A stretch of DNA of 64,000 nt from contig OZ037767.1 of assembly GCA_964035545.1 (NCBI GenBank), positions 23,948,628 through 24,012,627 on the forward strand. The letters are read 5' to 3'. Shown here piece after piece: positions 44,845-57,904 of this stretch. A program made the position numbers and the translations under genes. Every line of letters starts with the position of its first letter. Positions within the stretch are counted from its first letter, which is position 1. The DNA is from Bugula neritina. Taxonomy: Eukaryota > Animalia > Bryozoa. Under the pieces are notes generated by a model. It was not told the DNA's origin. It made no database searches and worked only from the letters and a program-made list of their open reading frames with translations.

Positions 44845-46573
44845 TGTAAGACTCAGGAAGGATGAAATAATGTGATAGACTGTCTACTATTATATACTTG
44901 ACACTGTCTGGTTTTTAGCCTATCAGCTGATGTTTCGTGCTATATCTGCCTGACATTTACATGTGGTACCTGTATGCATGTGTTAATATATATAATAATA
45001 TATAAGCTGATATGAAAATAATATTTTATTACTATTTCGATATTGTATTTATTTCGCCGTTGGAATGACAACTGAAAATCTGGTGTTATACAAAGTTACT
45101 GTCAATTGGTTCAATGAGAATTTTATGTAAAATTTATTCACGGACAGCATTTCAATTTTTTTTTGTTCTACAAAATAAACTTGATTTCAAATTAGCTGGT
45201 GTGCGTTACACTAGTAGCCATGTTAACTTCAATACTCTTCCAATTCTACAGCATAACAAGTGTCTTATAATAAGTTTAGATAATAGATATTACTATTTAG
45301 ATTAATTTCAATTGGAATATAGTATAAACAGCAAAAGCTATGTTTGAAGAACTTGCTCACTACACAAGTTATACTCTTAGCTGTTCTGTTAGCTGCTGTG
45401 CTTTATATTATGGTTACTATCATAATTTTCTGTCTTGTAAGACACTATCTTATATGACAGTACTTTATGAGCTAACAAAGAGAAATATAAAGGCAATGAA
45501 GAAACTTGGGCTGTCAAAATATCTCCTTTACTACATGCACCTTAATGAGTACTATAACATTGGTTTATGTGTCTAAGCTGCAGGTCATATTTTGACATTG
45601 CATTCAATTTCTGAAGCATGTATATCATCACTGTCTCTGGGCTATGCTCTCAATAAAATTGCGAGACTATATAACATTCCTGGTGTGACTGCTGGAAAAG
45701 TGAAAGCAGATGAGCATCAAAGCTCTGGTGTATATTTTGGAAAAATTTAGAATGGGAAACTTTAACCAAAAATGATTTTATTTGGTAAATTGTGATGGAA
45801 CATGGACTGTTCACACCACAACTAATAGATAGAACTTTTCTCTGGCCATAACACTTGAAGAGCTATCACTCACTGTCTAATGTCCCTAGTTGAGGAAAAC
45901 TGAACAGTTCGTGCTGTTTTTATACTTATTTATAAACTTGTTTCATTGGCTCATCTCTATATTGTTGATGTGTTTAACTGTGCACTTCCTCTCATCTATC
46001 TCCTGTTACAAACATTTGTCTCATCAATTAGTTATTGAAATTTTTACCAAAGTGAAAGAAACCCAAACAGTATAAGTTACTGTGACAGTATTCTCGAATA
46101 CCGTGGGGTTAGAAAGTACTCAAGGATTAAGATTCAAACTCATGCTAAGGTGTTTAGTTACTGCTGTAGTAATTGTTCAACTTTATTGTTTAACTGTTCA
46201 CCTTCACACCTTGAAGTCTAAAAATGACATACAGAGAGATATAGAAGAGTATAATTAATGCAAGAAAGTAAATTACTAAGAGGCATAAATGACAATTTAG
46301 AAAGTATATAGGAGATAAAACATTAACAACATAGATGTAAAAACTATTATAACTAACCTTTTGGCTCCGGTTACTGGCTTTGTATAATTGACATAAAACT
46401 GTTCACTATTGATCTGTTAAAAGTAGCAACTGTAAATTATTATACTGAGTTGGGTGCACTATTATTACACATGTTTCTTTTCTACTCCCAAAAACAGAGA
46501 ACCCAACTGAGCAGGCTGTGCTAAAAATAACAGGGACCAGCTCATCACTGTCCAAACACCAGCCAGAAGGCCA

Positions 46574-46579
46574 CACACA

Positions 46580-46615
<36 letters not shown>

Positions 46616-46617
46616 CA
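46574..46617. repeat. (GCAC)n microsatellite
   Basis: Direct observation. Confidence 0.95.
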
Positions 46618-46667
46618 TGACTGTTGAATACATCAAAACAGCAGAAGCCTGTAAAGCTGACTAGTGT

Positions 46668-46681
46668 GTTCCCATGGCAAC
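46668..46681. promoter_or_regulatory. Consensus RFX X-box
   Basis: GTTCCCATGGCAAC, about 450 bp upstream of the CDIPT ATG. Confidence 0.45.
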
Positions 46682-47128
46682 ATTAACAAATGCACACTAT
46701 ATACTACACTATATACCTTGCTATATCTAATCTATGAAATTCACTACAGTTACAACAAGAATAAAGCATTATGACACACATATAAACAATAATAGCATAT
46801 ACATTCTATAATATTGAATTGCGGCTTGCCTACAATTAAAGGTCAAAGGTCGGTCGCTGTCTGAGTGGTGACAGATTACAAAAGCATGTATGGATATTGC
46901 GTAATAAAGCAGGCACCCATATTGTGAGTGGCTTCCATACTGCAATGATTAATCATCATAAGCGTTGCAGGGCAAGCTAAGGCATTGTTTATACTTGAAT
47001 TGCAAACAAAAGGATTGAGTAGTTGGGTAGTTTACTAGTAGGTTGTCTAGCTCAGTCATTGATCACAAGAGTCAATGCTTTTATGCTGAGGCAAATATTT
47101 TCAGGACTTAACTAGTACGAAGCTTCAG

Positions 47129-49666
47129 ATGGCTGGAGATAGAAAGACATGTAGTGTTTACTTTTATATACCAAATATCATAGGTAAGTTTTTTATAAGA
47201 TGCCTGTGCGTAGACTACTATTCCCATCTTAGTGATTTATCTTTTCATTCTGTCATTTTGAAAAAAAGTCTTTTTTGTACAATAACTGCGGTTGAGATCT
47301 TTTTAAAGTAAAAACAGACAAATTTTTGCTTAAAGTTAAACTCTCCATCCATGTGAGAACACTTGATTGATAGAGCTTAGAGGTTTTTAGTGGGCTGTGC
47401 TTTTATCATGCTAGTAATATAGTTGGTGGGGTTTTTGTTGAGGCGCAGGCGCGATTCTGATTTGATGTTCTTCCTGACATCACTAATGGTTGGGACTTGA
47501 ACCCATGACCTAGCACACGGTTGTTATACTAAACCAATGCTTTAACCTCTAAGCCATGATCATTGTTTGAAAAAAACAGAGTTCTGATACGATGTGAAAA
47601 CCTTTTCCATTATACAAGATTCACGCTTTTCGTAGCTAAATGTTTACTTCCTACTGAAAAGATCTCCCAAATCATATTATGTATTTGTAGGTTATGTCAG
47701 AATACTTTTAGCCTTGTTGTCATTTTACTACATGCCCACAGATCATGTTAGAGCGGGCATTTTATACACCACAAGCTGTTTACTAGATGCTTTTGATGGC
47801 TATGCAGCTAGATACTTTAACCAAGGTACTTTGTCAACTTGTAATCTTTACAAAAATATAATGTTTTGCAGTCATCAAATAATCAGTGTAGTAAATATAT
47901 GTTTTATTAAGTTTATTGTAGTAGATGCGTAGGTTATTAGGATGTGCTATTGGAATGTTATTCTGAATCCCTATAGCATACTTTAATTATTGATTGGGGA
48001 TCGCTGGATACAACACAAATTTTGGGTGCAGTTTTTGTGTACACTTGTTTGAACCTCAAATCTCCAAACTCGAGACCTGTGAACCGCTGCACTCAATGAC
48101 CCTAAACTTTGTGCTGCACCCAACAATTCTCTTATTGTTTTACCACGATTTCGTATATAAGATTATAAACTTTATATAATTTTAGTGTCTCTATTTGGTG
48201 CTGTCCTTGACCTGATTACTGACCGGGTCATTGCTCCAGTTGGTCTCCTAGTAACACTCTCTATACTTTACCCCACGTACTCACTACTATTCCAACTCTT
48301 TCTTGTACTCGATATCTCTAGTCATTGGCTGCACCTACACAGGTATAATAACTCTAAACTATTCAGTAGACTTTGAATGTTCATCTATACGTGTACATTA
48401 TATCCCATTCATGGCTGATTGTTTTAATTAGTTATGTATAAGTTAAATTTAGGCTCAGCTATTGGGTATATCTGCAATAGCCCAGGCTGAGCTTATTTTA
48501 TGGTCTACAGCAAAATTTTGCCGAGTTTAGCATTATTTCTTGTATATTACCTGCTGTTGTTTGGTCATTGTTAACTATAATAATGAACACCTTTTTTATG
48601 TGCAAACAGTATAATTATAGTTCAATGTGTGATAACTGTACATTGCATACAGTTACAATTATTAGTGTGATATTATTATTATTTTCGGTTTGTAATATGT
48701 CTATTGCAGTTCGATACTAACTGGTAAACAGAGTCATAAGACCTTAGACAAAGATGCTAATGCTCTGATGAAGTTTTACTATTCTAACAGGGTACAATAT
48801 ATTATTATACTATTTCCCATTTATTGATGCTATATATGTATTATATTCTTCACTCAGCATCAACAGTTTTGATAGCATTTTAAATTAAAATGGTTTTTTT
48901 AACTTGGAATTTGTGAAAATGTGAAAGCAGCAGTTGTCTCCTATAGTTAACATAAGTAGTTGTGGCAGATAATGCTTTTTGTTATATTTATACTTTATTT
49001 GACACACATAGCTGTTTCATTTTTATTGTAGATATTTTTATTCTCTATGGCAGCAGGAAATGAGCTGTTTTTTGTTTCTCTTTACCTACTTTATTTTACC
49101 CAAGGACCGCTTAGTAAGTAGTCATTCAATCAAGAATCGCTAGATGCAGCACAAAGTTTAAGGTCACTGAGTGCAGTGTTTGCATAGACATTGTTGTTCG
49201 CACTCCAAACTTGGAACCCCCTCGCTCTCCCAACCACTGCACTCAGTGACCACCAGCTTTTCGCTGTTTCAAGCAATTTCCCATTTAATCCCACTGCCCA
49301 TGAGCTGCGTAACTAATTTTTAATCAAGTGTAAGGGAGACTATGGTCGCCCGCCCCTCATTATATGAATAATCTGTCCTAATGTTGGCTAAACTCTGAGA
49401 ATATAAAAATTTTATCCCCAGCCAACTTTTATACTAATGCTAATTGCTGTAGTCAACTTTGAAAGCTCATTTGTACTACATAATTTTGTCCATAGTGCTA
49501 GGCAATGCGTTTTCGCAATGTTTTAGTTGCTGGAGGTAGACTGTTTATAATCATGGCTGCCGCAACAGCACCTGTGGCTGCTCTAAAGCTGTGGGTCAGC
49601 GTGATTCAACTAAAGACTGCTGTTACCAAAATTGTGAAAGTTGATGGCAACCAAAAGCATTTATAA
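47129..49666 (+). CDS. CDIPT: CDP-diacylglycerol--inositol 3-phosphatidyltransferase (PI synthase); exons 47129-47183, 47691-47825, 48186-48342, 48710-48791, 49032-49113, 49527-49666
   Basis: PNIIGYVR, CDP-alcohol phosphotransferase motif LDAFDGYAARYFNQVSLFGAVLDLITDR, LDISSHWLH, SHK, AGNELFF. Confidence 0.95.
47487..47558 (-). mobile_element. tRNA-derived SINE head or tRNA pseudogene
   Basis: Reverse strand TGGCTTAGAGGTTAAAGCATTGG (A-box) ... GGTCATGGGTTCAAGTCCCAACCA (B-box); irregular anticodon arm. Confidence 0.55.
47997..48122. repeat. Copy of dispersed hairpin/MITE family in CDIPT intron 2
   Basis: AACTCGAGACC..GCTGCACTCAATGACCCTAAACTTTGTGCTGCA is the reverse complement of the left arm of the 49.1-kb copy. 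Confidence 0.55.
49135..49282. mobile_element. Best-preserved copy of the hairpin/MITE family (CDIPT intron 5)
   Basis: GGTCACTGAGTGCAGTG and CACTGCACTCAGTGACC form a perfect 17-bp inverted pair within ~50-bp degenerate arms. Confidence 0.65.
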
Positions 49667-49876
49667 GTTGCAGCTTTAGTTATTATGTGTTTTTCTACAT
49701 ACAATAAAACTAAGATGGAGCCACTTGCTTACCTATATACTATTTTGTTATTTATTTCTAGCCGGATGTTATATTTTGTACAGCAAATTTCATTTGTGCA
49801 ATGCAATGTTGAAACTATTCACATGGCATACTTATATATTGTACACCATGTACACACACGCAAGCACAAGCGTGGG

Positions 49877-49970
49877 TATGTATATATGTATGTATGTATG
49901 TATATGTGTATGTATGTATGTATATATATATGTATGTATATATGTATATATGTATGTATACACACATATA
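49877..49970. repeat. (TATG/TA)n simple repeat
   Basis: Direct observation, 3' of CDIPT. Confidence 0.9.
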
Positions 49971-50802
49971 TCTAGCACTTTAGCCATATTTAGGAGCAAT
50001 AAAAACTATGTTTGCAACTTTTGTTATTGCATTTTTGTAATCTCTCCTGAGCTCTTCATGTTTTAGTTTGCAGTAGAATTGAACAGTTTGATAATGTATG
50101 TTTATTTTAATGTTTAAAGGAAGGGGAGAATAAACGGAATCATGTTCTGATTGTTGATAGGATACAATCTTCTGCTGTCATGACAATAAACATTTACTAA
50201 TAAATAACCATGCTAGTAATTGTCTTCTCTTTGTACGAATGTAACTATACTTTATTATATTACCCACAACACTTTTCTCGTTTTTCTCTTCTTCTTTATA
50301 CGTAAAATACAACAGTTTTGTCAACTTCAACTCTACTAATTTTATTCCAATATTTAACACAAACAAGATGGCATCAGTCTCCAACTCAACGCTGACTGCT
50401 TTGAATTGTTGTGCAAAAAAGCTTGAATTATTGATATTATAGTAATTGATAACATATACTAGTGCTGTGTATTTTGCTATACTAATATTATTAAATATAG
50501 TACTGTAAAATAGAAAGCAATACCCTATTTTGATACAACATATTATATTAATGAAACATATATTGTTAATATGATACCTGTAGTGAACTATAAATTCTAC
50601 ATTATAGAATTTATTTATTGCATGTGAGTAACTAACTCTATTTATATATAAAAAAATGTTGAACAACTTGTCTTGCAAAATACACATAGTGTTACAGAAG
50701 TTGCATTGCATATTTATAGCATTAACTTTGACTAAAATATGTTGACCAATTACTTCAGAGTACAACTTTAAAGCTGAGAAGCAATTTGAGAAAGACGTTT
50801 TG

Positions 50803-53031
50803 TTAGTTTAGTGGAAATAAATAGCTCCTTAGATTGCCGTGTGTTAATGTCAGTTTAGGCAAAGTGTTGTCTTCTGCAACGGGAGTGGTCAGCTGATTTA
50901 GCTCCACGTGAAGTTGTCTCCTCAAAGCAGATCTGCTACTTTCACTAGTTGATGTAAACCTGCAAGCACATAACATGAAAACTTAGATGTCTGAAGGAGT
51001 GTTTACACCTTTGATAAAAAGTTCCAATTTCCATGCAGTTAATTCAACTTGTTCGAGCACCTGTTTAAACTCTGCATACTCAAAAGTTTCGATTGTGTAC
51101 TTGATAACGTAGTTCTGTTTAATTAGTGTCTTCGTTTAAAGGTGAAATGAATAATAATATGAGAAATGCAGCATTTTATTTATTGCAAAATATTCTATCA
51201 AAGGTGTTTTTAAAAATTTATTATTATAATAATTCCATGTCAAGATATCAACTGATATAATTATAATTAACCAGCTTTTATTATACGTCATAAGCTTAGG
51301 ATTTGTCTTATCACAATCTTTATTACGAACAATTCTATTAAAAGCATCTTTTCTTAAAAATTTAATGCAAAGATATCAGCTGATATAATTACTTTTTAAA
51401 GGTAAATCAGCTTTTAGCATATATCCTAATTTTAGGAATTTATCTTAACACAATCTTTTGCTAGTTAGTAAAATTTCTTGTCACTTTAAATTATTTCACT
51501 TATCCACAGTAGCACTACAACTGTTTAAACATAACTCTTAGCATAGCAATTAGCAATTCTTCTATTAATTAGATACTTTCAGCACCTCACCTTGTAGTTA
51601 TATCAGAATGTACACTGGTGGACCTCACAGCTGCCCCAGGCTCTTTAAATGATGGTTGTATGCCTTTAGTGGGATTGCTTTTGTTGGTGTCTATGAATTA
51701 AGAAATCCTACGATTACTTGTCAAATCTGTCAACATGTTATATATACGTACTTTAGAGATCGTACTAGTTATTTGTAGTTATTAGGTTACTAGTAGGTGT
51801 TAATAGTCATCTTTTAGTAGCCAAGCACTGGTTTACCTATAACTAGTAGGTGTTAATGCACACAATTTACATTGTATGTATATATATGTCTACACTAGTG
51901 ATGGGTGTGCTAAATATGTAGTCTATCTCATAGCCTTAGTATTGTAAATGTTAGACTTATAAAACAATTGTTATCTAACATGAGCACACGTAGGCTAAAT
52001 TTGTACAATCTGAGGCTTTAAATTTGTACAACTTGAAGCTTTAAAAGCTCATTAATTAGGTGTGTATGTGTGTATAGGAGAAGACAAATCTCACCAAAAG
52101 CATAATTTTGAAAATATATTTAGCCTACTATATGCTTTATTTTGCCATTTTTTGTCACATAACTAATTATATTGTATTTCAAAATTGTTGATAAATTGCA
52201 CATTGTTTTATTATAGTTAGACACAACATATATGGAGTTGCCTACTAGTGGTCTAATCAACGCTGAGCAGTAAATGATACATATGTGGGTTGTCTAACCT
52301 TGATCTGAATGCTGAGTTATAAATGATATATGCGGAGTTGTCTAACTTTGATCTGAATACTAAGTAATACATAATATATATGAAGTTGTCTAACCTTGAT
52401 CTGAATGCTGAGTTATAAATGATATATGCGGAGTTGTCTAACTTTGATCTGAATACTAAGTAATACATAATATATATAGAGTTGTCTAACCTTGATCTGA
52501 AAGCTGAGTTATATGATCACAAGCATTGTGTCTTAAGGTTTTGCTTGCCTCCAAGTATTCTCTCTGTTTCTGCTCGTGAACTGACCTGGTTGTTAGGACT
52601 GAAGGCTTTGCAGGAGGAATAGATACTACGCTATACTCCGAACCTATTAAACAATTAAAAGCACCAATAGATCTCACAAATAACACATGTACATAATCTA
52701 CTGAGGATGATACTGTCAAATGGAATGAGTGAGTTTTTTGACAACTTTGCAAAACTTTGTTTGGTATTCGTTTCTAAATTAATGACATCCTAAGGATAAG
52801 GAATATACAAGTCTACCAAACATATAATCTAGAAGTTTAATATATTTTTGGCTGTAGTTACACTTCACTTTGAAGTAAAAGAGGGTACTATGTCATTTTT
52901 GATAAATTTGTTATAATGGTTTTGGTATAAACTTACAATTGGCTTTTTCTGGAAATTAATTTTTTTCTTTCAAACTTCATCCTTATATGACAAAACTACA
53001 TACCATGTATTTACAATGTTATTATAAAGAC

Positions 53032-53108
<77 letters not shown>

Positions 53109-53339
53109 AGAGAGAGATGCTATCTAATTGAGTATGTAATCACCCTATACAATGAAGCATGCAGCAGCATGAAGTATACTTGATAGCATCATATTTACAA
53201 CACTATAAAAATTAAATTGGTGAAAGGCATCAGATATTGATTAAGTAAATAGCTTACCTCCAACCACTGGCTGGCCGACCATCCGTCCAGTTTCCAACAA
53301 ATCTTTGATAGAATAGTCACATGATGTGCACTCCAAATT
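50803..53339 (-). CDS. Uncharacterised protein, last four exons (53339-53258, 52643-52491, 51690-51591, 50959-50803); 5' exons probably lie in 54.6-55.4 kb but are unresolved
   Basis: Four phase-compatible exons with canonical sites: NLECTSCDYSIKDLLETGRMVGQPVVGGSEYSVVSIPPAKP...LRSYLFPLN*; no family recognised. Confidence 0.6.
52287..52513 (-). repeat. 48-bp minisatellite (5 units, 96-bp higher-order pattern) containing the exon end and splice donor
   Basis: GTTGTCTAAC recurs at 52289, 52337, 52385, 52433 and 52481; on the minus strand each unit carries TCAGATCAAR|GTTAGA. Confidence 0.9.
53034..53117. repeat. (GA)n microsatellite with poly-G
   Basis: Direct observation. Confidence 0.95.
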
Positions 53340-54213
53340 CTGTAAAAGCCATATTTTCTCAAATCAAGAAAAAAATGCCTAAAAACCTAAGGCTATATAT
53401 ATACCCCTAATGCTGAAAGTTGCAATAACCCTGTTATAGCATGTATTATTATGTGTAACAATTTATAAAAAGTGATAACAATTGTTTTTAAAGTATTTCA
53501 GACATAAAAACACATGGGCATAGCAAAGAGTCATGAAGTTCGCATTCATAAGTTATACATAATACCTGGATTGATTTAAAACATGATACTCTAATAACAT
53601 TATTAGAGTGACGGTTTAATATTACATCTATTACATATACATATCTAAACTATTTATTATTGTCACCCCACAGTATAAAACAATTTTATGTGCCAACCTA
53701 TAGCTGCAGAGATCAAAGATTAATAATTCTATAAAACTAGAATCTATTGACTCTGAGAGTTAAGCACATTGATGTCTACATTTTATTTTAATAGAATATA
53801 ATATAGTGTGTTATACAGGCTATATGAGTGTTATACACACTCATGTGCAACTTTCCCAAGTCATGCACAAGTAACACTGCAAAAGATGTATCTATACTCT
53901 ATAACTCATGGTTCTCCAAGCTCTATACATCTAGTATGTAGATACTAACATGTGTTAACATCTGGGTCATAACTTGGGCAAGTTTACTTAATTTAGTAGA
54001 TGCATTATACTCCTAATACTAAACATAGTATCATCTTTAAGCTGTATGTATTCATTGAAAGGTTGTAGTTATACCTATTTTGTGTAAAATCCTCTAAATA
54101 TTCTGACAAAGTAAAAATATTATAGTACATGTGCATTCAATGTTAAACTCAAAAATTGAAATTCACTTTAATTATATGTTTTTAACAGTACTTATTGACT
54201 CACTGAGTGAAGA

Positions 54214-54616
54214 CAGTCATATATGTATCTACATGTACTTACACAGTCGTATATATCTACATCTACTTACACAGTCATATGTATCTACATGTACTTACAC
54301 AGTCATATGTATCTACATGTACTTAAACAGTCATATGTATCTAGATGTACTTACACAGTCATATGTATCTACATCTACTTACACAGCCATATGTATCTAC
54401 ATCTACTTACACAGTCATATGTATCTACATCTACTTACACAGTCATATGTATCTACATCTACTTACACAGTCATATGTATCTACATCTACTTACACAGTC
54501 ATATTATATATCTACATGTACTTATAGTCCTATGCATCTGCATCTACTTACACAGTCATATGTATCTACATCTACTTACACAGTCATATGTATCTACATG
54601 TACTTACAGTCATATA
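54214..54616. repeat. 28-bp minisatellite
   Basis: Unit ACAGTCATATGTATCTACAT(C/G)TACTTAC, about 14 copies. Confidence 0.95.
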
Positions 54617-55596
54617 TGCCATTATACATAGCAGCTGTTCTTCATCAAATGATATTTGCTGCTGCCAATAATCAGCTCATCCAATTGTATTCTTAACAAT
54701 GGCAGCATGCGTGACAGGCATTCAGTATTGCCTCTCTCATGAAACTAATATTTTTTATTGATCCAAAATGTTTTCACAATTCACAAGAGACCATCTAATC
54801 TATAATTGATGAACAAGCACAACACCAATTATCACAAAGTTTCAAATTCTTGACTGCATAGTTAGATTTATAGGTTATATACACACTTACAACTCGGAAC
54901 ATACCTACAATACTATATATTTTAAAGGAAAGTTTTAGGATGGAAGAAATATCTTCAACTGGAACATGAAACTCGATAACTATAAAAGAAATTAGCACCA
55001 AAACTTCCCATTATTGCGTATAGTTCTGTAGCCTAAAATGGAGTGAAAAATTAGTTACATTTACGTTTTACAATGTACTCCTAAATTAAATAAGAACAAT
55101 AAAACATTTTCTGAACAGGAGTTGAACCTATTATGACTTAGCATACATATAACTTATGTTAAGTTTAGGGTATACACACATGTGCTGCGGCACTAAACAA
55201 AGACATTTGTGCGCCATTAGGCACGTCTGTATTATATTTCAGTAGCTCTGGGGGCATTGGTTCTAGTATCAGTAGGCATGAGTGACTGTTCGTGGTGACT
55301 TTATCCAAGAGCGATTTTTATTGGGTAGGATAACTCCGTATCTTTAGACAAGTTTTTAATAGACTCGTTATTGAGGGTAACAGAATACCTGTTTCCGGTT
55401 TTTCTTGCAGGTAATATTCTGTTGTCCATAGTTTTGGTAGTAGCTCAGTTACACACTTACAGTTACAACTTACATGTGAATGTCAGTGTGTCGATGTACT
55501 AATACTTACAGTCACTAATTGCAAGCGTTATCATTACAGAAACAGCTACTGTAAAATACTTTTTTTACCAATTCAGTAATTGACAAACTCAACATG

Positions 55597-55975
55597 AATA
55601 ACTATTAGTAATACTATTACTCAATATGAATATTACTATTACTATTACTATTAGACTTAGTATTACTATAACTATTAGTATTACTATTACTATTAGTATT
55701 AGTAATAGTAATACTAATAGTTATAGTAATACTAATAGTAATAGTATTACTAATAGTAATAGTATTACTATAGTATTAGTATTACTATTACTATTAGTAT
55801 TACTATTACTATTACAATTACTATTAGCATTACTAATCCTAATAGTAATAGTAATAGTTATACTAATAGTAATACTATCAGTATCAGTCTTACTGTTACT
55901 ATTACAGTAATAAGTAATACTATTAGTATTACTATTAGTATTGGTATTACTATTACTAATACTATTAGTAATAGT
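55597..55975. repeat. Low-complexity (TAN)n tract
   Basis: Mixed TAT/TAC/TAG/TAA triplets that produce spurious ITIT/SNSN ORFs. Confidence 0.9.
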
Positions 55976-57904
55976 GTTGGTAACACAAGCACTAACATAC
56001 ATAGTCATAGTTACAGTATGACTATGAGTAACACTAACTTTAAGAGTAAAACTAAGAGTAAGGGTAAGTCTCACTCACTTGCAGTTAGTGTTACTAGTAA
56101 GTGCAACTAACTCTAAGTGACAATGAGTAACAGTATGAGTATGACTATCACTATCAGGCTATCACTCTTAGTATTACTATAAGTATGCTGTAAGTTTAAA
56201 TGTAACACTAACAGTAACTGTAAGTCAAGGTGTTAGTGTAAGTGTATCACTATCAGTAGCTGTTGGTGTAAGTGATTATGAGTATCAGTGTAAGTATCAG
56301 TATGAGTATGAGAATGACAATCACTGATTGCAATAAGTATGACCATCATTTTCATTAGTGACCGTGAGTCTGAGAGTGAGTCTTTTTATTTTGAATTTTA
56401 CTATTAGCATTACTATTGTATTTCTATTACTATTAGTGTTTGAGTTGGAAATCTTTGCATTTTCATTTTGATTTTTAGTTAGTGTAACTGAGTTAGTTTT
56501 GCACTCACGCATTCTCAGAAGCTTATTCTTACTTGAGAATGAGTATAATTCTTAGATATTCTGATTCTGGTCCTGGAATATTAAAGTCATGCTCATACTG
56601 ATACTCATACTCATAGTCGCAGTTAAAGTGATACTGATAGTCTAACTATAAGTATAGCTTAATAGGTGTACTACTAGGCACAACAATTGAAAAAGTAGGA
56701 AAAATTGTGCTTTAGATGAAAGATATAGCAAAAAGTTATGTTCTTATAAGATTTGCAACTTGCAGCAGATTTACGACCAAAATTTATGGACGACAGTAAC
56801 TTGGGCTGTTGAAATTTTGCATCCCTGCACCTAAATGAAGTGTATTTAGTTATAGCGTTCAATAAAGCTTATAGTTATATTACAAAAAATACCAAAGTGA
56901 TAAAAAAAGAAAATGCTGATCTATGAAGTTTCTATGAAATAGGCTGACGTTGCAATAATTTTATTCAGTTTAGCTGTGGACCTGGTATTCTGGTTGTTTT
57001 TTAGAATATTTCTTCTATCTTTTTATATGCACCATAGTATATGCTATTTTGATCTTAACAATTTCTAAAAAATATTTAATAGAACATGTTTATATGTATT
57101 CAAACTTGCAATCTCTTAATAATTGTGAAGCTTAGTTTTATTCTGCTGGCATTTCTCTATAGAAGCTGTCGAACAAACGTTTCAGCTAGTCTCAAAAGAG
57201 ATGGTTTTTTATTCTTAGCCCGCCTTCCTAATTTTTTTAAAAGACTTGGCTTATGGTTAGCTGTTCAAGTAGAGAGTTGTTTTGTTGGTATTAAATTTAG
57301 TTTTCTACTGCTTACTATTTAATTTTAATCACAATTGACTGTTAATGAAACTAGTATTAGTCATTCTTTTACCCACAGTTTTGAAAAACTCAATTGACGG
57401 TTAATTGACCTGTTGTAGCTTCGTAGAGCCGGTCATGTGCAATACATTCATGTTGTAGGGTATTTTATTTTTGCTATTTTGAAGTTACACCATACAAGCC
57501 AGTCTTAATGCCAGTTCTTAAAAATATTTAGGCTTCAATAATCGTATAACTTTGGGGAGGAGGGGTTGTAGAGTTCCACCTTTACTTAATGAAGAAGCTA
57601 CCATGAATTTCTCACACGAACACCTTCCATTTTGTAATAGGTTCAACACAATTAAAAATAAACCAAGCCAAATGATTTACTGATTAATCAAAATTTTCTT
57701 GTATAAATATATAAAATATATATATTTTGGCTTTTTCTCTTTGAATTACGCTTGTAAATTTCTTAGTTTTTTTTACACAAATTTCGCAGTATTTAAATTT
57801 TATGACATTCTGGCCTTAACCTTGCTGTTTAATTATTTACGCTTTACTCATTACTTATCTTAAGTTTATATTATACTCAAATTTTCTGTTTCAGGCCAGA
57901 AGGA

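Noticed and set aside
37206-47558. Functional tRNA genes at 26470, 37206 or 47487
   Set aside because: Truncated or non-pairing cloverleaves; treated as SINE heads.
50178-50765. 195-aa minus-strand ORF
   Set aside because: AT-rich, no motif, non-ATG start; lies in the 3' region downstream of the uncharacterised gene's stop.
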